64,000 nucleotides of DNA from Podarcis gaigeae (taxonomy: Eukaryota), in the NCBI GenBank assembly GCA_964106915.2, contig OZ066914.1; one strand, given 5' to 3'. A program made the position numbers and the translations under genes. The notes under the pieces are model-generated. The model did not search any database, had not been told where the DNA came from, and saw only the letters and a program-made list of their open reading frames with translations. This document shows, piece after piece, positions 62,351-64,000 of the stretch. Numbering within the stretch: the stretch's first letter is position 1; each line of letters starts with the position of its first letter.

Positions 62351-64000
62351 GTAAGCTGCACTTGCCTGTACTTCAGTCTGATACACAGCTCTCTCCCCTG
62401 TGTACCCTCGCTAAGATCCTGAGCCCCTTTCTATCTCCTTCCATTCCTTCCTTCCTTCTTCAAGCTCGCAAAGTGCTGCCTAAAACCCTGGTGGTGGTAG
62501 AAGAAAGAAGCTATCCCCAGTAGGTTCCATCCACTGTTATTTTTAAAAGACAGTTCTGCTTTCTGAATGCTTCTTCAGGCAGGCACAGTGCTCTGGGATT
62601 CGTATAGGGTTGCCAACTCTTCAGGGACCACTGTAACCATACTGCTTGATTGGCAGGTGATGTTTATATCCATGACGAGAAAAGCTTCATCTGTAGGCTT
62701 TCTTCACGTGCTGCTATTAAAGATAAAAGAGCAGTTTAACAGCTTCTTCTGCCCAATCGATAAAGATAGGATTCACACCCTGCACAGTTTTTACTGTGGC
62801 TGTCTCCCAACATCACCATCCCAAGCTCCATTGGGGGGAAAAACACCAGTTTGGAGAGCAGCTCAGGTGCCATTTTGTAGCATCTTCAGAAAAGCCCTAA
62901 TTAAACAGCATCTGCATGGCCTTCATTGAAAGGATGCAGGAAATATAGTCCAAAGTGAACCCATTGTTTCAGGATGCCTGCAGTTGAGGGAGGTATCCCT
63001 AAGACCCCAGACCTCTGCATGCTTAGTTGGAAATTTACATTGACATAAGGGCCAAACTACACAGCAAGCAAATACATGTTGACTACAGCCCTTTTTGAAG
63101 CAGTAAAGCCGGGGGGGGGGGGTGATCCAGAGTAGAGAAGCATCTGATGGGAAGATGCTCAGCCTTTTTCCCACCTGCCCCTTTTCTGCCCCAAATTACC
63201 GCCTGGAGCAAATTCCCTCCCCTGTAGGGTTTTAAACACATATTCCCTCCCTCCTACCATTTCTATGCTCCTGATTGTTCTCCCTGAAAGCAGCATTGCC
63301 GCTTCGAAAAGGTTCACTGGGCTATAGTTAAACCTGTTTGCGTGCAATGTGTTGTTTAGCCTTAAATCTCAGAGTTCTATGGAACTCACTCCCAAGTAAG
63401 TTTGTAGAGGACTCCCAGCCTAAACTGGTGAGCAGTGAACTGGTTTGGAATGAAACTTCCCATTTCTCACCACTATCAAATAAGAAAACTGAAGGAATGA
63501 AGAGAGAGAGGAATGTTGTTGGCTCAAACACATGGTGAAAGTATTTGCTGCAATAGAGATAAACTCATCTGAGGCTGAGTTCTCAGTTTCCTGTACTCCT
63601 TTTCTCTTACATGTTGAATCATCCATTTATAGTTTATGCATTTAATGGCAATTTCTATTTACTTGGCTTTATGATCAATGCCATTGTGATTTTGTACCTT
63701 TCTGTCATGGTGCATCATCTGAAAGAACAAATAAATTGTATTTGTACCGCCCTGTCTTTCTCACTTTGCACATGTGGAACTTGGGTTTTCATTCTTTGTA
63801 TGGGAAATAAGTCCCTAGGATACCAGTTATGTTGATTGTGTCTGCAGAGTGAGCTGTCACAAGAGGTCCAGTTCGTATCGCACCTATGAGGAGCAACGTA
63901 GCCCCAAAGTCCTGGATGAGAATGAGGCAGAGGACTCAGATAATCTGCATGCTGACCCAGCACTCGAAGAAAATTCCACCAACAAAGGGCTTGTTGGCAT

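Overview
Squamate (most likely lacertid lizard) genomic DNA, judged from a full-length Sauria SINE, a BovB 3' end, tRNA-Lys/CR1-tailed SINEs and lizard-type MITEs. Two genes lie head-to-head. (1) A complete RTN4RL2 (Nogo receptor 2) gene on the minus strand has three coding exons (15913-15883, 8597-8122, 7235-6444; 432 aa), a CpG-island promoter and a probable ~3.5-kb 3' UTR. (2) The 5' half of SLC43A3 (nucleobase transporter ENBT1) on the plus strand has a CpG-island promoter at ~29.1-30.2 kb, a ~22-kb gap to the first coding exon, and six coding exons (51521-62350) with consistent phases; it runs off the window end. The rest is intronic or intergenic DNA dense in SINE, LINE and MITE relics, with microsatellites, one assembly gap and several enhancer-like tracts. 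I found no convincing new multi-gene system. The best leads are small: unusual residues in RTN4RL2, an exon-1 uORF that may be in frame with SLC43A3 across one UGA-C, a pre-miRNA-sized hairpin, a perfect 170-bp tandem duplication, and a broad CpG-retaining domain with a strong orphan splice signal between the genes. Comparisons with human proteins and repeat families are from memory, not from searches.
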